DNA from: Naegleria gruberi
Lineage: Eukaryota
Length of the DNA: 64,000 bases
Reading direction: 5' to 3' (one strand)
Assembly: GCA_000004985.1 (NCBI GenBank)
Contig: GG738846.1
This document shows, piece by piece, positions 10,224-21,689 of this stretch. The notes beneath the pieces are model-generated. The model was given only the letters and a program-made list of their open reading frames with translations, made no database searches and had not been told where the DNA came from. The translations under genes and the position numbers were made by a program. The stretch's first letter is position 1; every line of letters starts with the position of its first letter.

Positions 10224-13200
10224 ATGTTTCTCACCAAGCTAAGGAGGGGTGGAAGTAAGGATGAAGCAACATCGCCCTTAGGATCATCTTCACCTTCCTC
10301 TGCTGCTACCTCTTCTAGTAACAATGTTGGTGTAGTGTCCTTTCTGAATAGAACGTTGGGGAGATCAACTAGTAATAAGGACATTGGCGTGGTTGGTAGT
10401 ACTAGCCCAGTTGAAAATTCCTCACCATTAACACTTCAAAGGAGAAAGCCAACAGGTTCTCCTAATGGAGGAGGTGTATCGAGTGCTACTTTTACCTCAA
10501 CACCCAAAAGAACAAATTCTACCAATGATAGAACCTATTCAATGGACGATTCAATAACAACCACTCACGAATTGGTTGAAGATGGTGAGGATAAGAGAAA
10601 GATTCTTGATGAAGAGGAAAAGGAAAGGCTTAAAATTCAACAAGCCCAACAAATGTTTAATTCTCTGATGCAACAATCCGTATACAAACAAATCATGGAA
10701 GAAGATAGATATGTAAGTGTTTTCAACTGTTATTTAAACAAACTGAATATTAAAAAATGTAAAGACGAGCGATCAACGAGCCCTTCACTTGTCGGATTCA
10801 CAAATTCAAGAGGAAATTGATTTGTTAATTGGAAAAGATTGGGAATCAAAAAAAGGAAAACAAGAATGTGAATTGTTTAGAAAGAATATGAGCTTGTGAG
10901 TTTTGATATGCTTTTTTATTCAATAACAATGATCCTCAATTATTATTTTATAATAATCATGATGATGCTATGTAATTATAGAGCAAGATTATTTCGAGAA
11001 AAACAAACAACTCAATCAGTTCTACCTCCTATCTATGCAACATCAGATCCACCACCTTCAAAATTCAAAGGCTCATTCATGTGTAAAGTAAATTTACATT
11101 TCAAAGATGATTCCGATCCTACCTTGAAACGTATGGTAAAAACTGTACATTGCAATGGTGAAATGTCTGCAGATGATTTTGCTGAATTCTTTATTAACAA
11201 GTTAAATTCAGCCTATTTAACAAAACGAAGGAAGGAAGAGTGGTTTTTTAAAGCCACTGGAGCTGCCGAGTACATGTATGGAGATACTAGAATGATTGAT
11301 TTTGAGCACATTAGAAACTGTATAAACAAAGAAATACCTATAGAACTAACATTGATGGATAAAGAAACCATTGAGAAGGAATCAGATCCAATGGATGTCC
11401 ACCTTAAAAATATAGAGTATGACCTTACAAAGCAATCGAGTTTTGAATCTATTGATAGTGATGAGTTACATTTTTGTGGAGATAATTGGAATTCAATGAA
11501 GGGAATCAGTCTATGGGATTTGCATCACAGAAAGTTTAAGATAAAAATAATAGGAGCAGATAACGTTATTCCAAATATATTCCACAAGAACTCTTCCACA
11601 ATTTCTTTCAAGCCACAGGAGACCTCAACATATGTTATGATAGATTTATATCATGGAGGTTTATTATTGGCCAGAAATTTCACCAACTCAGTAGCATATT
11701 CTAGATATTTGAGATGGAATGAAAACATTGAATTTCCTCTCAGAATATCAGATTTACCTAGAGAAACCAAGATTTGTATTACTATTTTTGTAAAACCATA
11801 CAAGAAGGAAGAAACTCCTTCGAAAGGAAACAATTTCAAAAAGCACGTACCATTGGCCTATGTCAATTACAAGATCTTTGATTATAATGAAAAATTCTTG
11901 AATGGACTTAGATCTTTGAGAATGTGGCCAAATGAGGCTCACGAACCATCCAATGCCTGTGTTGAAAATGTTGGACTAGGAGCACTGGCTGACGATGACG
12001 CGCCTTGTGTTTTCACATACTATATAGAAGAATTTGTGAAACCTGTATATTTCCCAACTAATTGCATTCCTGGGGAATTATTTTTCAATTCCTATGTTGA
12101 ATATGAAAAGAGTCAAAGGGAAATATACAAGGCAATTCCAGAGGATCAATTGATGGAGTATTTAGAACAAGTTTTATCGGAGAGTCCCCTTAAACTTCCA
12201 ACAGATGAAGAAAAATGGAGATTGTGGGAAGCCAGAGAGATTTTGAAAAAAAATCCAAAAGCCCTACCAAAAGTAATGTTGAGTGTTCCTTGGCAATACC
12301 CATATGCTGTCTATCTGGCCCATTCAATAATACCTAAATGGAAAGAGCCAGAAACCTTGGATGCAATCGAGTTGCTTGATTTTAATTACAGTAGCGAACA
12401 TGTGAGAAGATATGCATTGAAATTGTTGGATAAGCTACCAGATAATACGTTTGCTGATTTTGTATTACAATTAGTACAAACTCTCAAGTATGAATTATAT
12501 CACGATTCTCCACTCTCTAGGTATTTGCTAAAGAGAGGCTTGAGAAGCACTCACATTATTGGACATATTTTATTTTGGCACTTGAAGGCAGAAATGCACG
12601 TGCCTTACATTAGAGAACGATATGGTATAATATTGGAAGAATATTTGAGAAATTGTGGAGGTCACAGAAGAGAGCTATTGAAACAAAGTGGTATTGTAGG
12701 TCAATTGTACTCAATTGCAATGAAAGTTAAGGAGGCCAAATCTGAAGACCATTTGAAGGTACTAAGAGAAGAGCTATCCAAGCTAAGACATCCTCCAAAA
12801 TTTACTCTTCCACTCAGTCCAAAGATGGAAGTCAAAGGTGTATTGGTTGATAAGTGTAAGGTTATGGATTCCAAAAAGTTACCGCTTTGGCTTGTTTTTG
12901 AAAATGCTGATGAAACAGCAGCTCCTGTATTTGTAATGTTCAAAGCTGGTGATGATATCAGACAAGATTTGCTTACACTTCAAATGCTCAAGATTATGGA
13001 CAAGTTGTGGAAACATGAAGGCCTCGATCTACACATGCAACCATATGGTTGTGTATGTTTGGGTGATATGATTGGTATGATTGAGATTGTTCTCAACAGT
13101 ACTACCATTGCAAAGATTACTGGTAAAGCTTTGCATGCCTTCTCTGATGAACCAATATACAATTGGCTAAAGTTGCACAACACAACAGATAATGAATGGA

Positions 13201-13712
13201 TTACAGCTGTGAATAACTTTGCCCTTTCAAGTGCAGGCTATTGTGTTGCAACGTATGTGCTTGGTATTGGTGATAGACACAATGATAATATCATGGTAAC
13301 AAAGAAAGGAGACTTATTCCACATTGATTTTGGTCACTTTTTGGGTAACTACAAGAGTTTCCTATTATATAAAAGAGAAACAGCACCATTCGTATTCACT
13401 ACAATGTATGCCTATGTGATGGGAGGTGAAGGAAGTACAAAGTATATTGAATTTTCAGAGAATTGTTGTGCGGCTTACAATATTATCAGACAGCACGGAA
13501 AGTTACTCATTAACTTGTTTTTACTAATGCTTGCAACAGGTATTCCAGAATTGAGATCTTCAAATGATGTAAAATGGATTGAAAATTGTTTAAAGTTGAA
13601 AGGAACAGACGAAGAAGGTTCTGCTCACTTTAGAGAACAATTAAAGAAGAGTCTCAGCAATACCAAGACAAATATCAACAATGCACTCCATATTATTGCC
13701 CACCAAAAGTAA
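10224..13712 (+). CDS. Class I phosphatidylinositol 3-kinase catalytic subunit; 3 exons 10224..10712, 10765..10895, 10982..13712
   Basis: Kinase-domain motifs GDDIRQDLLTLQMLKIMDKLW and LHMQPYGCVCLGDMIGMIEIV match p110-type PI3K, with DRH..N and DFG-like HIDFGHFLGN. Introns 10713..10764 (GTAAGT) and 10896..10981 (GTGAGT...TATAG) are phase-consistent. True ATG at 10224; the N-terminal exon encodes an S/T-rich low-complexity region. Confidence 0.8.
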
Positions 13713-14040
13713 TGTAAATATTAATGTGGCATTCATTAGAATAATAAAATAATTTATTGTTATGATTGACATTACATTCATAAATTGAATTGCGCACATA
13801 CGAAGTAATCTTAAATTGAAATCCACTCGGACTAAACATAAAGTATTTTTAGCACCCATTCTTCTATTTATATTAAAAACAAGACTTCCCAACTGCCAAT
13901 TTTAGCAAGTCTATTAAAAGAATTCATATTCAGTTTCAACTCAATCTTGAAAATGAAAGCAAGTGAATGAATATAAAACTGATCCCTGCAATCCTTTGAA
14001 TTCAAAACAAAAACAAACAAGCAAACTCAACAACGCAAAC

Positions 14041-15678
14041 ATGAAAAATCCAATTAAGATTACAATTGAAAGTTTAACACTTTCATTTGGAAAGAAGAGT
14101 CTATTCGACGAATTGGATTTCTCACTCTCAAGAGGTGATAAAGTGACCCTAGTGGGTGAGAACGGATGTGGCAAAACCACATTTCTTCGTCTATTGAATA
14201 GTACGCAACAACAAAATTCGAATTCTGAATTATTCGAATATACAGGATTGATTGAAATAGAGGGAAAGATTGGTTTCTTACCTCAACATTTTGAAGATAT
14301 CACCAATCCTAATGAACCAACAATTATCACTATGCTCAAATTCTTCCCTGACTCTGATATTCAACAATTTCTAGATCAACCTTTACAACCACTTTCTGAG
14401 GAATGGTACAATGAATTGAATTCTCTTATTGGAGATGAAATTTATCAACAGACAAAACTTCTAGGATTGAATAACGATTTATTGGAGCAAGAATTTGAAA
14501 GTTTGAGCGGTGGAGAGAAAACCAAGTCAATTCTGTGTGCATTAAGTATTGTGAAACCTGACATTTTATTATTGGATGAACCAACGAATCATCTTGATGT
14601 TCAGGGAATTGAATGGCTGGAGAATTTCTTAATGGAATATGATGGAGCAGTCGTGATGGTTACTCACGACAGAACTTTGATTAATTCAGTTTCTAATAGA
14701 ATTTCAGAACTTTCACCTCATACGAAAAAGTTTGTCCACTTTAGAGGTGGCTATGAAAACTATCTTGCTCAGGAGGAAAAGAAACGTCAGAGAGCCATTC
14801 AAGAACGTGAATTCCAAGAAAAGGAATTGAAAAATCTGAAACAAAAGTCAATTCAAATGGCCTCTTCAATGAAAGCCAGAAAATTGAGAGATCCCAAAAA
14901 TAGGGATAAAATCAGTTACAATAATCAGGAAGAAAGAGTTCACAAAGGTACTTCCAAGGCGTTTAATCAAATTACGAGAAAGCAAGAGTACTTGCTCGAG
15001 AACAGAATAGATTTAATTCAAGAACGAAACAAAATTTCATTCGAATTTGATGAAAATTCTGTTTCATCCTCGTTGTGCATTGAAGTTTCTGATTTGACTA
15101 AATCCTTTGCTCACAAACCACTTTTCCAAAATGTTTCGTTTACTCTAGTGAGTGGTGATCGATTGATTATTCAAGGTCCAAATGGTTCTGGCAAGACAAC
15201 CTTAATGAATATTCTGATGGGATTGACAGAATCTGACAGTGGCACTGTTACTATCAGTAAGCATGCCAAGATTGGATATTTGGATCAGGAACAAGAAAAT
15301 CTGATACTTGACAAGTCAGCAATTGAATTATTGATGGAAGATTCTAGCATTCAAGCAACAAAACAAAAGATTATCAGTGAATTGTGTAATCTTGGAGTTT
15401 ATACTTGGCATGACTTGAATTCACCATTGAAATCATTGAGTATTGGATGTAGAAGAAAGGTACAATTGTGTAAAATAATCATGCAAAAATGCTCAATTTT
15501 GGTATTGGATGAATTGACTAATCATATTGATTTTCCTAGCTTGGAAGTGATTGAGGAAGCATTGATGAATTTCCCTGGAATTATCATTGCAACTTCACAC
15601 GATAGATATTTCACAGACAAAATTGCAACCGATATTATCAATCTTGAAGATTACTCAGAGTTCAACAATGATAAATAG
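14041..15678 (+). CDS. ABC-F family ATPase (two ABC cassettes, no transmembrane domain)
   Basis: Walker A GENGCGKTT and GPNGSGKTT; signature LSGGEKTK; Walker B LLLDEPTNHLD and LVLDELTNHID. First in-frame ATG at 14041 (track start is GTG). Confidence 0.8.
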   Translation: MKNPIKITIESLTLSFGKKSLFDELDFSLSRGDKVTLVGENGCGKTTFLRLLNSTQQQNSNSELFEYTGLIEIEGKIGFLPQHFEDITNPNEPTIITMLKFFPDSDIQQFLDQPLQPLSEEWYNELNSLIGDEIYQQTKLLGLNNDLLEQEFESLSGGEKTKSILCALSIVKPDILLLDEPTNHLDVQGIEWLENFLMEYDGAVVMVTHDRTLINSVSNRISELSPHTKKFVHFRGGYENYLAQEEKKRQRAIQEREFQEKELKNLKQKSIQMASSMKARKLRDPKNRDKISYNNQEERVHKGTSKAFNQITRKQEYLLENRIDLIQERNKISFEFDENSVSSSLCIEVSDLTKSFAHKPLFQNVSFTLVSGDRLIIQGPNGSGKTTLMNILMGLTESDSGTVTISKHAKIGYLDQEQENLILDKSAIELLMEDSSIQATKQKIISELCNLGVYTWHDLNSPLKSLSIGCRRKVQLCKIIMQKCSILVLDELTNHIDFPSLEVIEEALMNFPGIIIATSHDRYFTDKIATDIINLEDYSEFNNDK

Positions 15679-15755
15679 ATTTTCATTGAATAAATTTAAG
15701 ACTTTTCTGAGTTCGGTTTATGATTTTCTTAATTAAACTAAAGAAATTTCAAAAT

Positions 15756-18290
15756 TTATTGAACTAATTTAGAGTGATACTTGTTCATGTACATGGATAA
15801 AGCCCAGATTGGGAAGATATTTCTATAGTTTGTATAGGTAATCATACAATTGTGATTGAAAACACCAGAAATGGATTCTTGTGGGAAGTCACCATTTGGT
15901 AATTGTTTTCTCATCAAACAATAGATACCCTTTTCAATAACCTTAAGATTTGGATAATTTGAAGTCATCAAGGCGAGTAAAGACCAAGCAGTACTGATAA
16001 CACGTGAAGTTTCAGCATGTGAATAACGGTGAGTCACACATGAAAGATAACTTTCTCCCCAACCACCATCTTCCATTTGTTTGGCAACAATGAAATCACA
16101 TCCACGCTTCAAAGCTTGTGAATTACCATAGTTGAGTGTTGGATCAGCACTGACAATGGCAGTAGTGGCAAACCATGTACCATAACAGAAACAGACAGCC
16201 CAACCACCATACCAACCACCTTCTTCCATTTGTTTTCCTTCAATTACTTTGATAGCATGTTTGATACTATCATCAATCATTGGAACGTATGGAGATTGTG
16301 GGAAGTGTTTCTTGAATTGCAACAAGGCAGTAATACAGGCACTTGTACATTCAGTGTGTGGATAGTCAATCATAATTTCACCATACAAAGCAGCAGGATT
16401 GATAATTTCAATCCATGAGTGTGTACGAGACAATTCATAAGTTGCCCAACCACCATTTGTACCACCATTGAACATGGACAAAATGACACGGACAGCATCT
16501 GTTAATCTTTCTTCACTGAGAATTAATTCATCACTAGTTAATGGATTCATTTCATTCTTTCCATAGTATTCTTGTAATTGTGTCTTGAGTTTTTCAATGT
16601 TTTGTAAATTGGATTCAGAGCTATTGGTTTGAGTTCCCTTAATATTGAACAAATCGTACAAGGTCAAAACAGCCTTCAAACCTTCAGCAGTACAGTCAGA
16701 AATTGGCCAACCGTGATCACGTGTAGAGAATGGCCAACCACCCTTAGATTGATGTCTATAATATTCCATTCTATTTGGAACGTCTTCCTTGACTTGAGTG
16801 AAATTGATAAAGTTGTAAGCATTCAAAAGCGAATTCAAATGCTCATTCTTAAATGATCCTTGACATGAAATTTGATTATCTTGGTTCTTGAATCTCTTGT
16901 AATATTCACAAATAGCTTGAGAAGCAAAAGCAGTATCCCACAATTGAGAACCATTATAACCTTGGAATTTCATACCATCATCAGATAACCACAAATAGTC
17001 ATAAACTCTATCTAAATGTTTGTTGAAAAGTTCACTATCTGATCCGTCACTGAAAAATACTGATAACATGTTCAATACCTTATTGACAGGACCAATACAG
17101 ATATGATTGGTGACACTATCTTCATATTTGATATGTTCAATACACTTCTTCAATGAAGCATTTCTCAAGAATGAGAAATTAATATACTTTTCATAAACAG
17201 TCAAAACACTAGCAAATTTAGAATAGAGTTGAGTGAATGGATGGTAATTGTCACGTGGATTAACATATGATCTATACTTTGACCAAGGTTGATTTTGATA
17301 ACTTGTCTTGGAGACTTGATCGTATAATTCATTTCTCAATTGTGAAATAATTGGATCAGTTTCAGCATTGGCATAAACCTTCTTGATACCATACAAGTAT
17401 GCCATTGGTAAATAAACAACACGACAATGGCACCACCATTTACCTGGTTGAATATATGGGAACCAATCAGGTAATAACCATAATTCACATGGAATTGGAT
17501 CAATACAATCCCAATCCATCAAACCCAAACAACATAAATATAATTTAGCCCATTGTGGTGCTCCCAAAGCACCGTTAGCAGGTTCCTTACTAAGGAATTC
17601 CAATGTTAATTTCATGCATGAATGATCTGGACTAACACCCAACAATCTCAATGCAACATAATTCAAAACTGTACCAAAAATGGTTGAGTGACCTTCAATA
17701 TGAAGTCCATAACCTCCATCTTGATTTTGTTTAGACAAGATGTATCTAACAATTTCATATTCAAATGGTTTAGGTAATCTCTTTTGACAAATATATAACA
17801 CAATCACAATACCAGGTAATAAAAACATTGGACCACCATAATCTCCGGCCCAATGTCCATCTTGTGTTTGAACACTAGAATAGAAATCAATAGCTTTCAA
17901 TATACTAGCATCAACTTGATGTTCATCTAAATTAATTATATAATTATTACTCTTATTAAAGATGTATTTTAATTTGTCATCATTATCGGCATTAGTAGTT
18001 GCTTGGTCATCATCATTGGTGGAACTAATATTACTTGATGTTGTACCCACAACAAGAGGATGATTATTAATATAAGTGATTGGATCTTCAAAATTTGAAG
18101 GCTTGTTTAACAAGTGTTTATCAACATTTGATTGTTCTTCTCCCGATTGTTTTAATAAAGATTGTGGGAATGGAATCCAACGTTGACGACCTTCTTTGAC
18201 GACTAATCTCCATTCTATTGGACCGGATTGGGAATAGTCATAGGAATCGAATTTAAATTCCTCCAATAATTTGTTAAGATTGATTGACAT
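15756..18290 (-). CDS. Oxidosqualene cyclase (cycloartenol/lanosterol synthase)
   Basis: ATG at 18290..18288. N-terminal WRL...GRQRW motif; catalytic DCTAEG motif (ISDCTAEGLKAV); repeated QW motifs (QNQDGGYG, QMEDGGWGES); GHSTIFGTVLNYVALRLLG. Single exon of 844 aa with an Asn/Ser/Asp-rich insertion near the N-terminus. Confidence 0.85.
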   Translation of the reverse strand: MSINLNKLLEEFKFDSYDYSQSGPIEWRLVVKEGRQRWIPFPQSLLKQSGEEQSNVDKHLLNKPSNFEDPITYINNHPLVVGTTSSNISSTNDDDQATTNADNDDKLKYIFNKSNNYIINLDEHQVDASILKAIDFYSSVQTQDGHWAGDYGGPMFLLPGIVIVLYICQKRLPKPFEYEIVRYILSKQNQDGGYGLHIEGHSTIFGTVLNYVALRLLGVSPDHSCMKLTLEFLSKEPANGALGAPQWAKLYLCCLGLMDWDCIDPIPCELWLLPDWFPYIQPGKWWCHCRVVYLPMAYLYGIKKVYANAETDPIISQLRNELYDQVSKTSYQNQPWSKYRSYVNPRDNYHPFTQLYSKFASVLTVYEKYINFSFLRNASLKKCIEHIKYEDSVTNHICIGPVNKVLNMLSVFFSDGSDSELFNKHLDRVYDYLWLSDDGMKFQGYNGSQLWDTAFASQAICEYYKRFKNQDNQISCQGSFKNEHLNSLLNAYNFINFTQVKEDVPNRMEYYRHQSKGGWPFSTRDHGWPISDCTAEGLKAVLTLYDLFNIKGTQTNSSESNLQNIEKLKTQLQEYYGKNEMNPLTSDELILSEERLTDAVRVILSMFNGGTNGGWATYELSRTHSWIEIINPAALYGEIMIDYPHTECTSACITALLQFKKHFPQSPYVPMIDDSIKHAIKVIEGKQMEEGGWYGGWAVCFCYGTWFATTAIVSADPTLNYGNSQALKRGCDFIVAKQMEDGGWGESYLSCVTHRYSHAETSRVISTAWSLLALMTSNYPNLKVIEKGIYCLMRKQLPNGDFPQESISGVFNHNCMITYTNYRNIFPIWALSMYMNKYHSKLVQ

Positions 18291-18733
18291 TTTTTTTCTC
18301 TGTGTTTTTTGAAAATGTTAGACCGGTCAGCGAATTTAACACAAATGGCGAATGTGAGGAAGATAGTGGTTCGCTAGATGTTGTCCGCGCTGTAGTTTTG
18401 TAAAGATATTAAAAATTATTTTCAAACATAATTAATTGAAGGGATTTATGATTTTTGTGTTAATATTTTGTTGCTTCGGAAATGTAATCAAAGATGTCCT
18501 CCTCAAGTTTATTAAAAATCGCCATATGGCAAATGAGGTGGCATTTTTAACCATCACAATAATCCCATCATTTGCTCGTAGTGGATTTCAGTACTATCGA
18601 TTAAAAAGTAGTATTAACAATAAAATTAAAGAGCTAGAGCCGTATGTTCAGTATAACACCCTTATTAATTACTGTTTATTTTAGGGGGCCCGTTTTTAGA
18701 ATTATACAATTAGTACTATAGTAGTTGATGAAA

Positions 18734-19303
18734 TTAGAGTTCGTGCTTCTTGGCCTTGTTCAATTCATTCCAGAAAAGCATCTTAAAGTCAGAAGCTTGT
18801 GGACCATAAGGGTAACAGAATCTGAAGAGTGGGTTAATAGTAGCTTGAGAATCAGAACCATTCTTAATGCTGAGGAATGGATGTGGGTTGGATCTACCGA
18901 GAGTAGTTTGTGAATCGAAGAAAGTGTACCAGAACAAACTGAAGAAACAAGCAAAGAAGCCCATAGCGACTGGGACGGAGATAATGATACCACCCAAGAA
19001 GTTAGAGTACCACAATGGTTCACCTTCTCTGAATTCGAATGGCTTCATGTCTAATTTGTGTCCAGTTGTAGCATAGATACCAGAGACTTGATCAAAGAAA
19101 CCTGGAGTCTTGTGTTGCTTGTGGAGATTTCTGGTGGTTGGGGCAATCATGATCTTAGCATTTGGGTGTTTCTTGATCAAAGTAGCGAGTTGTCTCATGG
19201 CTGAAACGGTAAAAAATTAATGCAAATTGAACAAATATTTACAACTAAGCGAAAACATTGTTCAAGTGAGATGCTTACCTGGAACGATAGTCTTGTTGTT
19301 CAT
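18734..19303 (-). CDS. Small single-pass membrane protein of unknown function; 2 exons 19303..19279 and 19200..18734
   Basis: 25-nt first exon ATGAACAACAAGACTATCGTTCCAG followed by GTAAGC, and a TTTCAG acceptor (intron 19201..19278). One transmembrane segment LGGIIISVPVAMGFFACFFSLFWYTFF. Very strong C/G-ending codon bias (TTC, AAG, ATC, GGT, CCA) unlike its neighbours. Confidence 0.5.
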
Positions 19304-20017
19304 TTTTTTTGTTATGTTATGCTGGAAATGTAGGCAACAACTTTTGTCCAAATTTATACCTACAATCCAGTTAACCTCGATTACAAAAATACGCCTACAA
19401 ACCTGCTATTTCACCTGTTTTGTAGCCGATGTTAAGTGTCACATTATTTCTAGTAATTTTAAAACCATCAAAACGAAGTTTTAAAAAAAACTAATTTTGT
19501 CGTTACAGTATCGATAATGAATTTGACCAGAAAAGTTTCCATCGAAAAGATGACTCAATTTTACATAATACAACAAGGATGATAGCTAATGATACGATCA
19601 AACAGTTTCTTTTTAATCAATAGAGATACAATTGTAGAATTTGTAAGAATTACCAATTAGAATCTCTCTTCAATACTTTTCAATTACAGTTAGTGTTGAA
19701 ATTTGTCTTTGAATGGCTCAGATCCATCGATACTAATTATTTAAGGAGTTTTCAATGATATTTTGCCGCTCCTATTGAAGAAAACCCTCAATTTTGGATA
19801 GTATATTAGAAGTTCTGTTCCAACATTGTGAAATTAGTTTGCAGTTATCACTCTATATAATTGTTGTAACTTTACAAAAAACTATTATTGGAGAGATGGT
19901 GAACTTTGTGTGCAGAGAATGAAATAAATAATTTCCCACCCCTTTCATTTTTATTAAAACAACAAAAAAAACAAATCAAACAATTATTAATATAATAATC
20001 TAAAACAATCGATTAGA

Positions 20018-21079
20018 ATGTCCACAACTACTAATAATAACAATACTACTCTTACTGGAAAATTGATAATGAGAAAAAACAAGGAAAAGATTGAAAAGGT
20101 TTTCCAATTAATTAATTTCGGAGACTTGAATGAATCTGTTAGAGAATTTGTTCAAGATTTGCCATCTGCTACTAGTTCTGATGAAGTGCTATTGTCCACT
20201 TTCAAGATCAAGGCTATTGTTCCATCTTCTGAGAAGAGAAAAACAGTTTATGTAATTAATGATGAAAATGATTTTTCTGAAATGATGAAATTAATTCAAG
20301 AAATTCCACAAGATAAACCAATTCTTTTCAGAGTAATGAAGAAGAAATTGAATCATGAAAAGAAGGAAAGAAAGGAAAAGAAAGAAAGAAAGGTCAAGCT
20401 TCAATTGACTGAAGAACAATCCCAAAGTCTTTCCGAAAAGAAGCAACAAGTTGAATTATTGAAAGATGAAATTAAGATGAAGAAGGAACAAATCATGACT
20501 ATCAAATTTGAAATGAAATCTTTAAGAAAGTCATTCCATCCTGCCAATGTTAGCATTGACCCAAATGTTCCATCTACTATTAAGTCGTCTCCAAACAAGG
20601 AAGAAAGACTTAAACTCAAACTTGAAAAGAAGGAAGAAAAGAAAGCATTTAAATTGGAAAAGAAGTTACTCAAAGCTCAATACAAGCTTGAAAAGATTGC
20701 ATTGAAGAAGCAAAGAAAGCAACAAGAAAATGCTTCTACTCAACCAGAATCTGTTTCAACTGTCACAACTGGTAGTGAACCAACTGCTCCAATTAACGTA
20801 CCTGTTGTTGAACCAGTAATTGATACTGTACCACCAGTTCAACAAGTAAGAACTGAACCAATTTCCAACAATGCTGAGATTGTCACACCAACTGTTGATG
20901 AAAAGCTCTTGTTGAAGCTCCAAAAGAAGGAACAAAAGCATGCTTGGAAAATGGAAAAGAAACTTGAAAAGCAAATGATCAAAGCTCAAAGAAAATTGGA
21001 AAAACAAGCTCAAAAGCAAGAGAGAAAGGAAAGAAAATTGTTGGAAAAGCAACAAGTTGCCACTCCTTCTCAAAATTAA
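20018..21079 (+). CDS. Lys/Glu-rich coiled-coil protein with internal repeats (KLEKKEEKKAFKLEKK... repeated)
   Basis: ATG at 20018. Single ORF of 353 aa. Two copies of an approximately 40-aa K/E-rich repeat separated by a Pro/Val-rich linker. Confidence 0.45.
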   Translation: MSTTTNNNNTTLTGKLIMRKNKEKIEKVFQLINFGDLNESVREFVQDLPSATSSDEVLLSTFKIKAIVPSSEKRKTVYVINDENDFSEMMKLIQEIPQDKPILFRVMKKKLNHEKKERKEKKERKVKLQLTEEQSQSLSEKKQQVELLKDEIKMKKEQIMTIKFEMKSLRKSFHPANVSIDPNVPSTIKSSPNKEERLKLKLEKKEEKKAFKLEKKLLKAQYKLEKIALKKQRKQQENASTQPESVSTVTTGSEPTAPINVPVVEPVIDTVPPVQQVRTEPISNNAEIVTPTVDEKLLLKLQKKEQKHAWKMEKKLEKQMIKAQRKLEKQAQKQERKERKLLEKQQVATPSQN

Positions 21080-21689
21080 TATTAGTTTAGAATAATTTTA
21101 GCAACTATCATCAGAGAACTATTCATCAATCCCAATTTCTCCCTCCACATTTGTTGTGTAGTGTCTGAGAGAATGAATTGAAATAGATTTTACTGAGATA
21201 GTTTAATTGCACCAGTCAATCATGATATAGCTGGATTTAAGGATCATGAAACCAATCTAAACAAAACCACTTGTAAATAACAAATAAATAACTCTTTAGA
21301 AAACCTTTGAGAACCTTCTCCACTGATTTCCATCAAAATTTAATTGACAGAGTATCGAGCTCAGCTGGTCATCAACTTATTTCCTATCATGAATTCATCA
21401 GCCACACCAATACAGCTCACCTTCCAAGAAATGATCTAGCTCTCCTCATCCACACTCTTAAGAGCAAGCAAATAAATTTGCAACGCACGTTTAAATGTTC
21501 TTCTAATCTTCACAAGTTAAAAATAAAATAGTAATCGAAATCGAAACAAATCGTGATGGGAAGTCACGAATTTGCACAAATCTATTTTCACATGTGAAAA
21601 CATTTTCAAGCTATTTAAACTCTCAGTATTCTCAACTCTCTATCTTCCAACACAAAAAAAACAATACAACCCTAACACACTCTAACAAA

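Noticed and set aside
10031-10258. ORF MDSLPYTSFFKCDRIEV... considered as the N-terminal exon of the PI3K gene
   Set aside because: It is in a different frame from the 10224 exon and no plausible intron connects them (the only candidate would be 13 nt). The 10224 ATG is immediately preceded by an in-frame TAA. Kept only as a possible uORF.
21307-21531. 74-aa ORF upstream of the terpene synthase
   Set aside because: No ATG context or domain, codon usage unlike neighbouring genes. More likely 5' UTR or promoter sequence of the TPS gene.
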